DNA from: a bacterium
Lineage (GTDB): Bacteria; SAR324; NAC60-12
DNA length: 42,259 bases
NCBI GenBank assembly: GCA_965233585.1
Contig: CBDDTI010000437.1
Coordinates: forward strand, 1 to 42,259
Direction: 5' to 3'
The position numbers and the translations under genes are program-made. The first letter of the stretch is position 1. Every line of letters begins with the position of its first letter. Below the pieces are notes generated by a model. It made no database searches and was not told the origin of the DNA. It was given only the letters and a program-made list of their open reading frames with translations. Of the stretch, positions 41,329 to 42,259 are shown one piece after another.

Positions 41329-42045
41329 TTACCGCTCCAATACTGCCGCTACACCACTGCCGCTACACCACTACCGCTATACCACTGCCGCTACACCACT
41401 GCCGCTACACCACTGCCGCTACCCCACTGCCGCTAAACCACTGCCGCTACACTACTGCCGCTACACCACTGCCGCTCCAATACTACCGCTACACCACTGC
41501 CGCTACACCTCTGCTGGGGCACCACTGCCGCTACACCACTGCCGCTACACCACTGCCGCTACGCCACTACCGCTACACTACTGCCGCTACAGCACTGCCG
41601 CTACACCACTGCCGCTATACGACTGCCGCTACCCCACTGCCGCTAAACCACTGCCGCTACACTACTGCCGCTACACCACTGCCGCTACAGCACTGCCGCT
41701 ACACCAGTACCGCTACACCACTGCCGCTTCTCGACTGCCGCTACAACAATGCCGCTACCCCACTGCCGCTAAACCACTGCCGCTACACTACTGCCGCTAC
41801 ACCACTACCGCTCCAATACTGCCGCTACACCACTGCCGCTACACCAATACCGCTACAACTACTACCGCTACACCACTACCGCTACACCACTACCGCTACA
41901 CCACTACCGCTACACCACTGCCGCTACACCACTACCGCTCCAATACTGCCGCTAAACCACTGCCGCCAAACCACTACCGCTACAGCGCACTATCGCTACA
42001 CCACTGCCGCCAAACCACTGCCGCTACACCACTGCCGCTAAACCA
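41329..42045. repeat. 14-bp minisatellite (TACACCACTGCCGC)n, ~50 copies
   Basis: Directly visible tandem units with minor variants. Confidence 0.95.
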
Positions 42046-42259
42046 AAACTGGACGTCAAGTTTTAGTTACGCAATGCAGCCGGCAAATTCGGGAATACAA
42101 ACCTTCTCATCCTAAGAACAGACTTTTTTATATACAAATAAGGCTACTACAATCGATCAAATAGGAATATGAATAATAATTCTTTGCAAGAGTTTTGTAT
42201 CTTTATTACTAATGAATTGTGAAATAATTTCCGTATGAACCCACCTTTATATATACTCT

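Noticed and set aside
41280..42115. 253-aa and 267-aa ORFs (LHHCRYTTAATPLP repeats)
   Set aside because: Translation of a 14-bp minisatellite; the same peptide appears in different frames.

Overview
This is eukaryotic, probably invertebrate, DNA with short AT-rich spliceosomal introns, and it is almost entirely a nest of mobile elements. (1) 1-1432 is the 3' end of an LTR retroelement: a small myristoylated, single-TM, polybasic ORF with FAST-fusogen architecture, then a PPT and a short LTR. (2) 1433-~6030 holds two decayed pieces of Polinton/Maverick elements, one apparently inserted into the other, plus a tRNA-derived SINE. (3) ~6030-9657 is a scrambled, mostly inverted set of fragments of the adjacent gypsy element. 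(4) ~10000-17100 is a Ty3/gypsy element: gag and pol separated by one in-frame TGA, an env-like ORF with a C-type lectin domain, and an antisense membrane-protein ORF. (5) ~17100-35728 is a left-truncated Polinton/Maverick virus-like element. It has penton (truncated), rve integrase, a pVI-like core protein, MCP, adenain protease, PW, packaging ATPase, a pPolB split by five introns, and intron-containing accessory genes. Unusually, it also has an adjacent TBP + TFIIB gene pair. (6) 35729-42259 is host-like AT-rich DNA with a CACTG-terminated non-autonomous element, a LINE 3' remnant and a 14-bp minisatellite. The top candidates for novelty are the Polinton-encoded TBP/TFIIB module, the FAST-like retroelement ORF, the lectin-type env and the spliced replication unit. 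All family calls come from motif recognition by eye; no database searches were run.
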